Shown piece after piece: positions 1 through 9,364 of a stretch of 64,000 nt of DNA. The notes below the pieces were generated by a model. It did no database searches. It worked only from the letters and a program-made list of their open reading frames with translations, and was not told the origin of the DNA. The stretch spans positions 17,808 through 81,807 of IMG/VR virus record IMGVR_UViG_3300025889_000092; one strand, given 5' to 3'. The DNA is from a virus. A program made the translations under genes and the position numbers. Numbering within the stretch: the first letter of the stretch is position 1; each line of letters begins with the position of its first letter.

Positions 1-240
1 CTCCCTTACGCAAGTGGTTTCGGCTGGGAACCCGCTACAGGTCGTGTTGATTTTCCCTCTTGTAGAGCAATCTTTATCGAAGCAAAATCTACTTCAGGTA
101 AAGACACCTTATCGGTCGAGCTTTCCGATGCTCCGGGCCAAGTCTCCACGGCTATTAACCTAGAAGGTAATACTCTTGTTCCTATTTCCTGTACTGCTCT
201 CATTAGCGGCACCGTTCAGGGTGTTTTTGTCTTGTTCTAA
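1..240 (+). CDS. 5'-truncated putative virion protein
   Basis: Frame 1 open from base 1 to TAA 238-240 (LPYASGFGWEP...ISGTVQGVFVLF); the stop overlaps the next ATG. Confidence 0.7.
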   Translation, partial: LPYASGFGWEPATGRVDFPSCRAIFIEAKSTSGKDTLSVELSDAPGQVSTAINLEGNTLVPISCTALISGTVQGVFVLF

Positions 241-464
241 TGGCTGACATCGCTAAGAAAAAAGATCCCGAGAAGTGGGCTAGAGCGAAAGCTAAAGCCC
301 GTAAAAAACTTGGGGGTCATAGTGCGCGAGCTATGCAGCTTGCGACTAAGTACTACAAGGAAATGGGAGGTAAATATGAAGGTAAAAAATCAAGTGATAA
401 CAGACTCTCTAAATGGTCTAAAGAAGATTGGCAAACTAGAGAGGAGTATGAAAAGGACAAATGA
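240..464 (+). CDS. Small basic phage protein
   Basis: K/R-rich; WARAKAKARK, YKEMGGKYEG and LSKWSKEDW motifs typical of small phage proteins. Confidence 0.75.
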   Translation: MADIAKKKDPEKWARAKAKARKKLGGHSARAMQLATKYYKEMGGKYEGKKSSDNRLSKWSKEDWQTREEYEKDK

Positions 465-571
465 ACGAGGATGATTTAGAAGAACTTAATGAGCGAGTCA
501 AGGAGATGAAGATCTCGGTTCTCTTTGAAGAACCTTGCCCCCTTTACGAAGAAGACGAGTCGGATGGCTGA
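461..571 (+). CDS. Small acidic protein (36 aa, not in ORF track)
   Basis: ATGA overlap with the upstream stop; MNEDDLEELNERVKEMKISVLFEEPCPLYEEDESDG. Confidence 0.55.
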   Translation: MNEDDLEELNERVKEMKISVLFEEPCPLYEEDESDG

Positions 572-779
572 TTTAGCACGCGAAAAAGGTAGGACTGAGC
601 GCTACCTACCCAAAGCAGCGTGGGCAGCACTCTCAAAAGAGGAGCGTCGCGCAACGGACGATAAGAAAAAAGAGGCTACACAAGGCGACAAACCTGTAAA
701 TACCCGTGTGCCCAACACGGAGAAAGCAAAAGCAGCACGTCGACGTGCAAGCAAGTATCTTAGTAATAAGGAAAAATAA
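564..779 (+). CDS. Small basic phage protein
   Basis: Likely start ATG 564 (MADLAREK); ERYLPKAAWAALS motif. Confidence 0.7.
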   Translation: MADLAREKGRTERYLPKAAWAALSKEERRATDDKKKEATQGDKPVNTRVPNTEKAKAARRRASKYLSNKEK

Positions 780-783
780 CCCT

Positions 784-1104
784 ATGGATTATTTCGCTAG
801 AAATTCAAATTATTTCACTAACGCTCTCAACGCACAGGAGCGAGCTGCTCGCGCACAGACGATGGCGCAGCAGTCTGATATGGCTTCGGATCAATATAGT
901 TCGCAGTTCGACCAACTGGCGTCTCAAGGTCCGGTCCCTCCTCAATACGGCTTTTACGGGGTGGAGGATGACGGCGAGAACCACACTGGAACCATCCCTT
1001 TGGATATCAAAGAGGACCTGCTAAATCGAGCTAAAGCTAAAAAACGAGAAAGTAACGGCTCTTTAAGGCTGCTTGCCGGTGGCGGTATCTTCCAGGGGAG
1101 TTAG
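784..1104 (+). CDS. Hypothetical protein
   Basis: Likely start ATG 784, just after the upstream stop. Confidence 0.65.
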   Translation: MDYFARNSNYFTNALNAQERAARAQTMAQQSDMASDQYSSQFDQLASQGPVPPQYGFYGVEDDGENHTGTIPLDIKEDLLNRAKAKKRESNGSLRLLAGGGIFQGS

Positions 1105-1129
1105 TATGCTGTCAGCTTCATAGGCTGAC

Positions 1130-1975
1130 ATGCTTTTTGATTGTTTTATGTATTTCGACGAAGCGGAGCTTTTAGAGCTTCGAGTCGAGATGCTTAAGGA
1201 TGTTGTAGACGGTTTCATAATCACTGACGCAGACAGGACGTTTAAGGGTGATAAGAAGTCGTTTTCCTGCGTGGAGACGATTAGAAAATTAGGTCTGCCT
1301 GAGGACCGAATTCAGGTTCTTCACTGTGAGCTGCCCACCCCGGAAACTCACCCAAATCCATGGGTTCGGGAATACGCCCAGCGTGACGCCCTTGGGGTTG
1401 GTATGCGTATGTGTCCTCCTGATTCAGTGTTTTTCTTTAGTGATGTAGATGAGATCCCTAAACCTTCGGCTCTGCTTGAAGCAATTGAGCTAGCCGAAGA
1501 TAACCCGGATCGGTGCGTCCGCCTCTCGATGCCTATGTTTTACGGGCGAGGGGATCTCCGCGTGATGGATCCGAACGGCGATCCAAGTAAGCCCCCGACA
1601 AATTGGACGTGCGGAACGGTCGTTTTATTCGAGCACCTCGTCGAAACACCGTCCCAGATTCGCATGAAGGACAATGGTCTCGTTCACGGAGACTGTGATG
1701 CCGGGTGGCACTTTTCCTGGATGGGTGATGCTGCTCGAATGAAGCGCAAGCTGACTTCCTTCTCCCATTGTTACGACGTTATTCCTAACGCACACGCTCC
1801 CGCTGATAGCCAGGAAATGCTTGATTTCCTGGATTCTTATAAGGCGTCCGCTGGGGGTACTGATCCTTTAGGTCGTTGTGACCACATTTTGACCGCGTAC
1901 CCTCATGACCTATTACCCGAAGAGGTGTTTAAACTAGAGAGAGTAAAGAAGTACCTCCTTCCTAACCATGTCTGA
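1130..1975 (+). CDS. Glycosyltransferase family 17 (GnT-III-like)
   Basis: DCFMYFDEAELLELR, RTFKG, REYAQRD, SDVDEIP (DxD) and GWHFSW motifs. Confidence 0.88.
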   Translation: MLFDCFMYFDEAELLELRVEMLKDVVDGFIITDADRTFKGDKKSFSCVETIRKLGLPEDRIQVLHCELPTPETHPNPWVREYAQRDALGVGMRMCPPDSVFFFSDVDEIPKPSALLEAIELAEDNPDRCVRLSMPMFYGRGDLRVMDPNGDPSKPPTNWTCGTVVLFEHLVETPSQIRMKDNGLVHGDCDAGWHFSWMGDAARMKRKLTSFSHCYDVIPNAHAPADSQEMLDFLDSYKASAGGTDPLGRCDHILTAYPHDLLPEEVFKLERVKKYLLPNHV

Positions 1976-2123
1976 CAAAATGCCTGAGGCTCTTCGTAAG
2001 CATTTTGAAAAGAAGGGTGAGAGCGGAGAGGAGGGAGGTAAAATGAAGAAACGGGGTGAAGCTCTCCGCAAAGCTAAGAAGGCAAAGTCCAAGCGTGAAG
2101 CTGAAAAAGAAGCTAAGCGCTGA
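1968..2123 (+). CDS. Small basic protein (51 aa, not in track)
   Basis: MSDKMPEALRKHFEKKG...ALRKAKKAKSKREAEKEAKR; fills the gap between GT17 and the portal. Confidence 0.65.
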   Translation: MSDKMPEALRKHFEKKGESGEEGGKMKKRGEALRKAKKAKSKREAEKEAKR

Positions 2124-2148
2124 TTCTTTTTAATAAATTGGGGTACTA

Positions 2149-4395
2149 ATGGCGGACACACTCGGCGTTAAGCAACGCTTCAATGAAATCGTAGAGGCCG
2201 CCCGGAACCAGACCAAAGGGAAACAGGCGGCCACGATGGTCGTTTTGAGTCATCTTCAGCAAATGACGCTGTTGATGATCAAGAAAGGACTGTTTTTTTA
2301 CTGTGAGCAGGATACTTTCCGTTCCCGAGCCAAGTTTATAAACAGTCTTTTAGAACTAAATAAAATCGACATCCGATTTCCGTCGATTATTAGGAACTTT
2401 TTAGTTGACGGATGCGGTCTTTTTTACTTCCGCCCCGACCCCAAGCTTAAATATCAGATTTATTTCTTCCCGAAGGATCAATACCGTGTTTTTCATGACG
2501 TAAATGGGAATATAAATGAAGTCGTAATCATTTACAGCTACAACGTACGTAACTCGACGCTAGGCCTGCCGTCCGATTCGTACGGTTTAAACAAAAGATA
2601 CGTTCGAATCTCTATTACTGAAGACACAATCTCTGAATATGAGGCGAATACAGAGCTCAGCTTCGAGTTAGAGCCCGGAGCGATCATTTCTCCGAAGAGT
2701 GCTAAGCCAAACACGCTTGGTTTTATACCTGCAGTTGAGGTTTTAAATAAACCCAATGCCAGTGGCACCGAAGGGGAGGGTGAATTCGACCCCTTCATGG
2801 AGCAAATTGTGCTTCATGACGAAATGATGCGTAATATCGCCAAAAATATTGAATTTTTTGGCAATCCGACGCTTATCAGCTCTCGTCCCCGGTCTGATCT
2901 GGTCGAAGCAGCAGATGCTGATCGGACTTTCCGCCCCACGATCAGCAGTCAAAGCGGTTTTGGCGGTCGAGACACTCCTTCAACCCGTGTTTCGGAGCCT
3001 TTTGGCGCAAATTCGTCTCTTGGCGGTCTCCGAGTCCCTCGTGTAATCGCAAACGTCGAACCGAGCGACCGTGTGGGCTACATGTCTCCCGACCCGATCA
3101 ACGGGGACATGAATCGTTACGCATTGTTACTGCGTGAGGAGATTCGGACTGCTTTAGGCGGTGTTGATGAACTTTCTGTCTCGGCAGGTGCCACCGCGAC
3201 GGAAATTAAGAGCTTGATGGGTCGCGCACAAGCGACTGCACTCCGTAAGAACAAGAGTTTCCTCACTTACGGCTTCTGTAAGTTGCTCGAGATGATTATT
3301 TATCATCAAGAGCAGGTCTTCCGAGAGAGTTTTGTTGCCGTCACTGGTTTAAAAGCTCCTAAATCACCTGAAGAGAAGACACTCGAAACTGAGAAAGAGT
3401 ATTCGCAAGCTCTTAACAAGTTCGAGTCGACTGTCGATCTCGCCATTCAAGATGCACTGAACAGCAACCAGCTGCCACCGGGTGTCTTTGGCCTTCCGCC
3501 TGACGGAGCTCGCGAAGTTTCTTATCGCTTCCAGGGTGATGTTTATGAGGATACGGCGTATGACATTAACCAGAAATCTATCGTCGTTCGTAACCTGCAA
3601 GAGCTAGGCGTGGACAGCGTTGAGGCTCTTAAATATCTTTTCCCTGATAAGACAGACGCAGAACGTTCTGAGATGTTGAAGGGGTTCCCTTTCCGAATGG
3701 TTCAACAAACACAGAGCGCATTCTCACAATTTTTAGTATTATTAACTCAGATGTTGCAAACGCCACATCCTTTATCACCGGATCAGCCTCTCGGGGCAGA
3801 CCCGCGTCTAAACCTAACGCCCCTGTTATACAGGACGTTTGACCACCTTGCGCAAGAACTGACTTACTCGGGCAGCTATGAGCCAGCAGATCCCAGCTTC
3901 GACCCCGAGCCCGGTCTCCCCGGCGGTAGCGGCCCCTCAGGCGGCGCCCTCGGACCAGGGCTCAACCGCCTACCCGCAGTGGGTGGCCTCTACCCAGGGG
4001 GTGCCTTCGGCAACTACAGCCCAAGCGCCGTCGCCGGTAACACCCCCTTCGGCCCCTTCTACCAGCAGCCAGTCCAACCAGTATCCGTCAACGTCCTCCC
4101 CGTCGAACCCGTGGGAAGCGGCGATGAGCAGCTTGGAGCGGGTGGTCTCCCGTATCTCTCCGTCCCCCAGCCAGGCAGCACAGTATCCGCAGTACCAAAC
4201 GGCGGCGCTGGATACTCAACAGCTCAGTCAGAATTTACAGGCCCAGCCTTGGCAAACCCAGGCCGCCTCGGATCCGCTGACCTTATCCAACAACGGATAT
4301 ACAACCCAGACTTCTTATCCGACTTCTACGGCGCAACAACCGCAAGCCCAAAACCAAACTCCGGTTCTAAGCGAGGCAAGCGCAGCCGTAGTTAA
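2149..4395 (+). CDS. Probable portal protein with low-complexity C-terminal extension
   Basis: Size and position upstream of scaffold/MCP; portal-like segments (LGFIPAVEVLN, NIEFFGNP, SAGATATEIK); call is mainly contextual. Confidence 0.55.
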   Translation: MADTLGVKQRFNEIVEAARNQTKGKQAATMVVLSHLQQMTLLMIKKGLFFYCEQDTFRSRAKFINSLLELNKIDIRFPSIIRNFLVDGCGLFYFRPDPKLKYQIYFFPKDQYRVFHDVNGNINEVVIIYSYNVRNSTLGLPSDSYGLNKRYVRISITEDTISEYEANTELSFELEPGAIISPKSAKPNTLGFIPAVEVLNKPNASGTEGEGEFDPFMEQIVLHDEMMRNIAKNIEFFGNPTLISSRPRSDLVEAADADRTFRPTISSQSGFGGRDTPSTRVSEPFGANSSLGGLRVPRVIANVEPSDRVGYMSPDPINGDMNRYALLLREEIRTALGGVDELSVSAGATATEIKSLMGRAQATALRKNKSFLTYGFCKLLEMIIYHQEQVFRESFVAVTGLKAPKSPEEKTLETEKEYSQALNKFESTVDLAIQDALNSNQLPPGVFGLPPDGAREVSYRFQGDVYEDTAYDINQKSIVVRNLQELGVDSVEALKYLFPDKTDAERSEMLKGFPFRMVQQTQSAFSQFLVLLTQMLQTPHPLSPDQPLGADPRLNLTPLLYRTFDHLAQELTYSGSYEPADPSFDPEPGLPGGSGPSGGALGPGLNRLPAVGGLYPGGAFGNYSPSAVAGNTPFGPFYQQPVQPVSVNVLPVEPVGSGDEQLGAGGLPYLSVPQPGSTVSAVPNGGAGYSTAQSEFTGPALANPGRLGSADLIQQRIYNPDFLSDFYGATTASPKPNSGSKRGKRSRS

Positions 4396-4810
4396 CCACT
4401 TCGGTATCGAAGCTCCTGCGGTTCTCAATCAGTACGCCACCACGCTGGAAGATGCTCTGATCCAGCAGGATCAAGCTCTGAACGCAATCGGTGCCCGTTC
4501 TCAGGCCATGGAAACGATCCTTACGGATCCCGATCACCTGGCTGATTACACCAACCGCTTCTTCACCGAAGTCTACCCCGTGGACATCGAAGCTCCTTCC
4601 CAGCCTCCCACGCAGTATCAGCCTCAGTACGATCAGATGCCTGCTGTCCCCGCAGCTTCTAGCTCTGCTTCTCGTCCCGCTGATCCTGACACCCAGTGGC
4701 AAGGCTTCAGCCAGACCATGAATCAGTCTCCTGATCAGGCTTGGCGTTATCTGTCTCAGATGTCTCCTGAAGCAATCCGTAGCAAGCTTCTCTTTATGGA
4801 TGCTGGCTGA
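3878..4810 (+). CDS. Probable capsid scaffolding protein
   Basis: P/Q/S/A-rich with helical core; high-expression codon usage; followed by a terminator; upstream of MCP. Confidence 0.5.
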   Translation: MSQQIPASTPSPVSPAVAAPQAAPSDQGSTAYPQWVASTQGVPSATTAQAPSPVTPPSAPSTSSQSNQYPSTSSPSNPWEAAMSSLERVVSRISPSPSQAAQYPQYQTAALDTQQLSQNLQAQPWQTQAASDPLTLSNNGYTTQTSYPTSTAQQPQAQNQTPVLSEASAAVVNHFGIEAPAVLNQYATTLEDALIQQDQALNAIGARSQAMETILTDPDHLADYTNRFFTEVYPVDIEAPSQPPTQYQPQYDQMPAVPAASSSASRPADPDTQWQGFSQTMNQSPDQAWRYLSQMSPEAIRSKLLFMDAG

Positions 4811-4838
4811 TCTGCCGAGACTACCATTGTGCAAGTTG

Positions 4839-4862
4839 AACCCTCCTTCGGGAGGGTTTTTT
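4839..4862 (+). terminator. Rho-independent terminator
   Basis: CCCTCC-TTCG-GGAGGG followed by a T tract. Confidence 0.9.
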
Positions 4863-4893
4863 ATTTAAACTAAAAACTAAAGAGACTCTTGCT

Positions 4894-5064
4894 ATGCCTT
4901 TTAGCAGCGAAGCTCAGCGTCGTAAGTTTTACGCGATGGCAGAGCGCGGTGAAATCTCTGAGGATAAAGTTCGTGAGTACGAAAAAGAAACTCACGGTAA
5001 TCTTCCTGAGAGGGTGAAAGCGAAAAAGAAGGCTAAGAAGTACACTGAATCTAAGAGCTCTTAA
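4894..5064 (+). CDS. Small basic protein (56 aa, not in track)
   Basis: MPFSSEAQRRKFYAMAERGEIS...LPERVKAKKKAKKY; common phage MPFxSxAQRR-type protein. Confidence 0.75.
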   Translation: MPFSSEAQRRKFYAMAERGEISEDKVREYEKETHGNLPERVKAKKKAKKYTESKSS

Positions 5065-5068
5065 TTCA

Positions 5069-5245
5069 ATGCCTAATCCAATTGGTCGTAAGCGTATTCC
5101 CTCTGCTTCTTCAGAGGTGGATACCCTGAAAAAGGAGCTGGAAGCACTCAAAGCTATGTACGTTCAAGACATGGCCAACATCAGTGCTGACATTCAAACC
5201 CTGGGTAACCAATCGCAGCCTGCTGATTCCCAACCAGCAAGCTGA
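5069..5245 (+). CDS. Small coiled-coil protein (58 aa, not in track)
   Basis: MPNPIGRKRIPS...LKKELEALKAMY. Confidence 0.6.
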   Translation: MPNPIGRKRIPSASSEVDTLKKELEALKAMYVQDMANISADIQTLGNQSQPADSQPAS

Positions 5246-5287
5246 GAATTTTTAAAAACTTATAATGGGTATAGCTGATCCACAAAT

Positions 5288-6037
5288 GTGGTCTATACCC
5301 CTCTTTCTAATTACAGATACGATTCGGGACCACATCGGATACAGAGCGGTCCTAATAGGGAAGCGTATCAAGTTGTAAGCTCTGGAATTGTAGATCTCGG
5401 GGCGGATTACGGTGTAGTTGTTCCTGGCCCCCCTAATAGTGGTATATACAGCACCGACGCGTGGCGGGCAGTACCAGCCGCTGTTTCTGGTTATTGGACT
5501 GATTACCAACACGTTGACTATCAACCAAGCGGTACTTTTTTAAGTGCTTACGAAGGTTATAGACCTCTTGGGTTCAGCACGATAGCCAATGCAAAAGTTC
5601 AGACTTCTTACGGACCCGAGTGGGGTGTAAGAGGCACGGGCAAGTACACGTATTTTGGTGGAACTGCGCCGGACAACCAGGCTTACAACCCATATAACAC
5701 TCCGGAAGGAAATACAGCCGCTCAAGGGCACACGGGAGGTCAGTCTCTACAGCAGCGTTATGCCACGACGCTTTTAACAAATCCAACGAACGACACTTCC
5801 GGAAGCAGAGCCTCGTGGGTTTACCATCCTCCTGTTTACTGTCAAACATTTACGGAGGTTTCAAGAAGTGAAACTCCTGGTCTGATGTCTACTGATTTGA
5901 GGTACGTGTATAGAGGTAGAGCAGGTAATTACGTCTCTAACTTTGCTTCTATCTACCATCAACTTCCGGAGGGTGTTCGTTCAATTGTGCGTACCTACAG
6001 TCCTACAGTTAACTCAAGTAATCAAAAAACTAATTAA
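5288..6037 (+). CDS. Putative virion protein
   Basis: Y/G/S/T-rich; head module; several SG motifs. Confidence 0.55.
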   Translation: MVYTPLSNYRYDSGPHRIQSGPNREAYQVVSSGIVDLGADYGVVVPGPPNSGIYSTDAWRAVPAAVSGYWTDYQHVDYQPSGTFLSAYEGYRPLGFSTIANAKVQTSYGPEWGVRGTGKYTYFGGTAPDNQAYNPYNTPEGNTAAQGHTGGQSLQQRYATTLLTNPTNDTSGSRASWVYHPPVYCQTFTEVSRSETPGLMSTDLRYVYRGRAGNYVSNFASIYHQLPEGVRSIVRTYSPTVNSSNQKTN

Positions 6038-6117
6038 CGCTAAAAACGCGACAGTCACTGTGTTGTCAGGCTTTCAAGTAGTTATATTTAGTAAGTAGTT
6101 CTTCGGGAGTTGACGCT

Positions 6118-7233
6118 TTGTTCGTCGACAATGATTTTCCGAAGCTGCTCGGTGCGGAATTATACCGTCCCCATCCTGCGTACGTCGTAGAGATGGCCGC
6201 TGAGCCGGTCGTTGTTCACGATTTCTCGAAACAACCCGGTCAGACCGTTCAGCTCGATCGTTACCGTTTCTGGGGCAATCCCGGCTCGAAAGAGTCTCGG
6301 GAGCGCACCGCTGAGCAGACCATTGGTACTGCTAATAGCCGGAACATCGTCAAGGACAAAGTGCTCGTGACTCTTCGCGAGTACACCGGTCCTGCCGATC
6401 CGAGTGACCCCACTCAGCCCAGCACCTTCAAGATTGCTCGCGAGACACTGATCACCGCGCAGCGTCTTCTGCTGGACACCGGCAACCTGACTGCTTTCCA
6501 CCAGTCCATCGGTTCTCTGACCCTGCTCGACGACTATCGTCGTTGGCGCGATCGGGTGTTCATCAACGAACTCCTGAAAGCTGTCTCTAAAGGTCAAGCC
6601 TCCGATAGCCAAGGTGGTTACTACTACCCCGGCGATCTCGCCGTCGGTAGTCTGACCTACGCGAACGCTGAACAAGCTAAGTTCGACGTTAAGGACGACC
6701 TGCTGCGCGTGGTCAAGAGCCTGCGCAAGCGTAACGTTCCTACCTACCAGGACGGTTTCTATCGCTGCGTTTGCGATCCGACCTTCCTGATGCACCTGCG
6801 TCAGAACAGCGACTTCCGTGAAGTTGCTCGTTATCCCGGCAACGGTCAGATCAACCCCCTCATGTCCGCGATGCAGCCCAACGCTGCCATCTACATGGGT
6901 CAGGGCTTTGGTCAAGCCACCTTCGTGGCTGGCGAGCCGATCATGCCGACCGGTTTCGTGTTCGAGGGCGTTCGCTTCTTCGAATCCACGAACATGCCTT
7001 CTCAAAATGCGTCCGCGACCATCGGTGGTTCCGCGTCTTCTTACGAGACCGCCATCGGTATGTTCTTCGGACCCCAGTCTGTTGGTGTGGGTATTGGCGG
7101 TAACAACGCCCAAGTCCTGCTCAACAACAATGACGACTTCAGCCGTTTCATCATGATGATTTGGAGCCTGTACGCAGGTTTCGAACTCCTGAATGCTGAT
7201 TTCGCCACCATCGCTTACTCCTTTAACGCCTGA
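6118..7233 (+). CDS. Major capsid protein (N4-gp56-like, HK97 fold)
   Basis: 371 aa; HDFSKQPGQTVQLDRY, VTLREY, FEGVRFFES motifs; strong codon bias; TTG start. Confidence 0.8.
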   Translation: MFVDNDFPKLLGAELYRPHPAYVVEMAAEPVVVHDFSKQPGQTVQLDRYRFWGNPGSKESRERTAEQTIGTANSRNIVKDKVLVTLREYTGPADPSDPTQPSTFKIARETLITAQRLLLDTGNLTAFHQSIGSLTLLDDYRRWRDRVFINELLKAVSKGQASDSQGGYYYPGDLAVGSLTYANAEQAKFDVKDDLLRVVKSLRKRNVPTYQDGFYRCVCDPTFLMHLRQNSDFREVARYPGNGQINPLMSAMQPNAAIYMGQGFGQATFVAGEPIMPTGFVFEGVRFFESTNMPSQNASATIGGSASSYETAIGMFFGPQSVGVGIGGNNAQVLLNNNDDFSRFIMMIWSLYAGFELLNADFATIAYSFNA

Positions 7234-7247
7234 GGAGGTAACTAACG

Positions 7248-8120
7248 ATGGCTATTAATCCTAACCAGCTCTCAGTTGCCAAGATCTATCCTGGTAACTA
7301 CACGAATGTTCTTCGTTACTGGCACGAAGAAAAGTCCGTTACTTATCTGAATGAGAACGGCACCAGCGAGACTCTCGCCAACCAACCTGTTGGCGGTCCC
7401 GTTGGCGTGGTCTTCCGTCCCGGTTGGATCGCTCAACAAGCCGTTGGCTACGTTGACCTGTCCTACCAGGCCGCTGGCACCACCAACCAGCTCGACTACT
7501 ACGCTCAAGCGTATTCGTCTGGTCTGAATGGCGCTAACGCCGCTTTCGTTAACGGCAGCGTCATTATTCCTTCTCCCGACTACCACAAGGATGTTCGGGC
7601 AGACATCACCAACGGTATCACTGTGCCTTCCGGCGCTTATGTGTACCGCGCTTCTATCCGTCTGGACGGTGGCGATGTGGTGTCGAGCGGTGTGGGCGGC
7701 GCTTCCGCAACTCCCACCCTGGGTCTTGGCCCCGCCCTGGGCGTTGGTCTGACCTCTGCTCCTACCCCCAGTGGCTTCTTCGCCACCGTGGTTGGTTCGA
7801 ACAGCCGCATTGAGAACGGTTCGTTCAGCTCCAGCAACGCCTGGAACTCTGCGAACATGCACGCCGTTAAGGCAGACACCACTTACAAACTGTGGACTGT
7901 CGGCAACCTCGGCGGTGTTGCTGCTTCCGGTCTGGCTCAAGCCTCCGGTGTGTACGACGCTCGTGCCACCAACGGCAAGCTCAACGGCAAGGACAAAGCC
8001 CTCGCTATCTGCGAAGTGTGCTGGTTGGTTCCCGATCAGCCCCCCGAGCGTAGCGACCTGGCTCTGCAGCCCGGCGGTGTGGTTGAGTCCAGCATCTACA
8101 CCAGCACTGTCCCTCAGTGA
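7248..8120 (+). CDS. Capsid decoration / second major structural protein
   Basis: Strong SD (GAGGAGG); MCP-like codon bias; followed by a terminator. Confidence 0.6.
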   Translation: MAINPNQLSVAKIYPGNYTNVLRYWHEEKSVTYLNENGTSETLANQPVGGPVGVVFRPGWIAQQAVGYVDLSYQAAGTTNQLDYYAQAYSSGLNGANAAFVNGSVIIPSPDYHKDVRADITNGITVPSGAYVYRASIRLDGGDVVSSGVGGASATPTLGLGPALGVGLTSAPTPSGFFATVVGSNSRIENGSFSSSNAWNSANMHAVKADTTYKLWTVGNLGGVAASGLAQASGVYDARATNGKLNGKDKALAICEVCWLVPDQPPERSDLALQPGGVVESSIYTSTVPQ

Positions 8121-8146
8121 TACACTGACACAGCGAAACCACGGCG

Positions 8147-8171
8147 ACCCCCTCTTCGGAGGGGGTTTTTT
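8147..8171 (+). terminator. Rho-independent terminator
   Basis: CCCCCTC-TTCG-GAGGGGG followed by a T tract. Confidence 0.9.
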
Positions 8172-8181
8172 CTTGGAAGAA

Positions 8182-8349
8182 CTACTCGGTTTCGATCTCT
8201 GTAAAGGGGTCAGTTTCTATATAGGTTTCAGTCTCTATATAGGTTTTCAGTGTTTCGAGAGCTTGCTGAAGAAGCTGTTCCTCTTCGGGAGTCAGTTCAG
8301 AAACTTCTGAATCGTTTTCGGAAGGCTCGGAAGAGGCGAAAGAAACCAT
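8182..8349 (-). CDS. Small acidic protein (55 aa, not in track)
   Basis: MVSFASSEPSE...TYIETETYIETDPF; contains an 18-bp tandem duplication at 8211-8246. Confidence 0.5.
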   Translation of the reverse strand: MVSFASSEPSENDSEVSELTPEEEQLLQQALETLKTYIETETYIETDPFTEIETE

Positions 8350-8351
8350 AG

Positions 8352-8870
8352 TTATTGTTGACCCAACCGCTGGCGCAGCTGCTCAAACCTTTTGTTTACG
8401 TCCAAAGAGTAACTCGTGTCACTGGTCTGTGGGTCAACGCGATCGACAATTGAGCGTGCGTGAGCTTCGCTATTGATGTAGTCCGCCACTCGGGCTGCAG
8501 CTTCGAGTGCTGCCGGATCTTGCCAGAACTGCCCCATTGCAATAGACGGAGCCATCCCGCTTAAGACTCTTGGGTCGGTGCCTCGTGTGATTGGAGCTCC
8601 CCAAGTTTTGCTGGGTTTGTTCTCGGGGTTGACTTTGCGTTCCCTCGCTGCTATCGCTCGGAGAACTTCAGGCCCTACGTTGGTTACTCCGAAGGGATCC
8701 ACGACGTTGGTGACCATTCCTGTAACACCGACAGGAATAGAACGAGCTAAAGCTTTAGGAGCACTAAAGCCAGCTTCTCGTTGGTCGCGATACTCTAAAG
8801 ATGTGTTGTAGATATCACCTAGGAAAGGCAGCGCTCGAAGGATCTGACCAGCGAACCTAGGAATCGGCAT
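8352..8870 (-). CDS. Hypothetical protein with N-terminal RFAGQ tag
   Basis: ORF track; inverted relative to the head operon. Confidence 0.7.
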   Translation of the reverse strand: MPIPRFAGQILRALPFLGDIYNTSLEYRDQREAGFSAPKALARSIPVGVTGMVTNVVDPFGVTNVGPEVLRAIAARERKVNPENKPSKTWGAPITRGTDPRVLSGMAPSIAMGQFWQDPAALEAAARVADYINSEAHARSIVDRVDPQTSDTSYSLDVNKRFEQLRQRLGQQ

Positions 8871-8926
8871 TTTAATAACGTGCTCTATTGACAGTTTAAT
8901 GTAAACTTATCCCAGATTCTGTTCAC

Positions 8927-9364
8927 ATGATGACGGTCACCCAGTCGAAAGAATTTACTTACACTCCTAATGGAGTCAAAATCGAAATTCTTAGCGAGCA
9001 CGACGAGGGTGAGTACAAAATGGTTCGGTCCCTGACTACAGGGAAAGTCTTTTTTGCTCACAAGAATCAAATCGCTGAGATCCTTAAAGAGGAAGATGAG
9101 GGGGAAAAACCCGTTAAGCAGCGCCGTGGGCGTCAGATTGTTAAGCCAGAGGTACCTGCTTACAACCGAGTCAACATCAACTCGGCAACTCCCCAGCTGC
9201 TGACTCAGGTTCTGAAAGGCGTTGGACTTAAAACTGCCACTGAGATCAAGGAACTTCAGCAGTCGATGCCCGGCGAGCGCTTCACCAAACTGGATCAGCT
9301 GCGGTCCATCACCCGTGTGGATTGGGATTCTGTTTTGGAAGGCGACACTGTTTATGTCGAGTGA
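8927..9364 (+). CDS. Helix-hairpin-helix (ComEA-like) DNA-binding protein
   Basis: RVNINSATPQLLTQVLKGVGLKTATEI...FTKLDQL. Confidence 0.75.
   Translation: MMTVTQSKEFTYTPNGVKIEILSEHDEGEYKMVRSLTTGKVFFAHKNQIAEILKEEDEGEKPVKQRRGRQIVKPEVPAYNRVNINSATPQLLTQVLKGVGLKTATEIKELQQSMPGERFTKLDQLRSITRVDWDSVLEGDTVYVE

Noticed and set aside
461-571. EEPCPLYEE resembling the CP12 C-terminus
   Set aside because: Only one Cys and no AWD-VEEL core
7231-7250. MCP stop read-through into the next gene
   Set aside because: An in-frame TAA follows four codons later and the next gene is in another frame with its own SD
6160-7940. Long antisense ORFs (317 aa and 222 aa) opposite MCP and the decoration gene
   Set aside because: Shadow frames produced by strong codon bias; no recognisable motifs
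8211-8246. 18-bp tandem repeat resembling an operator
   Set aside because: Explained as an in-frame (K/E)TYIET duplication in the small ORF 8182-8349
8927-9364. PsbU-like photosynthesis gene
   Set aside because: No signal peptide; a generic ComEA-type HhH explains the similarity
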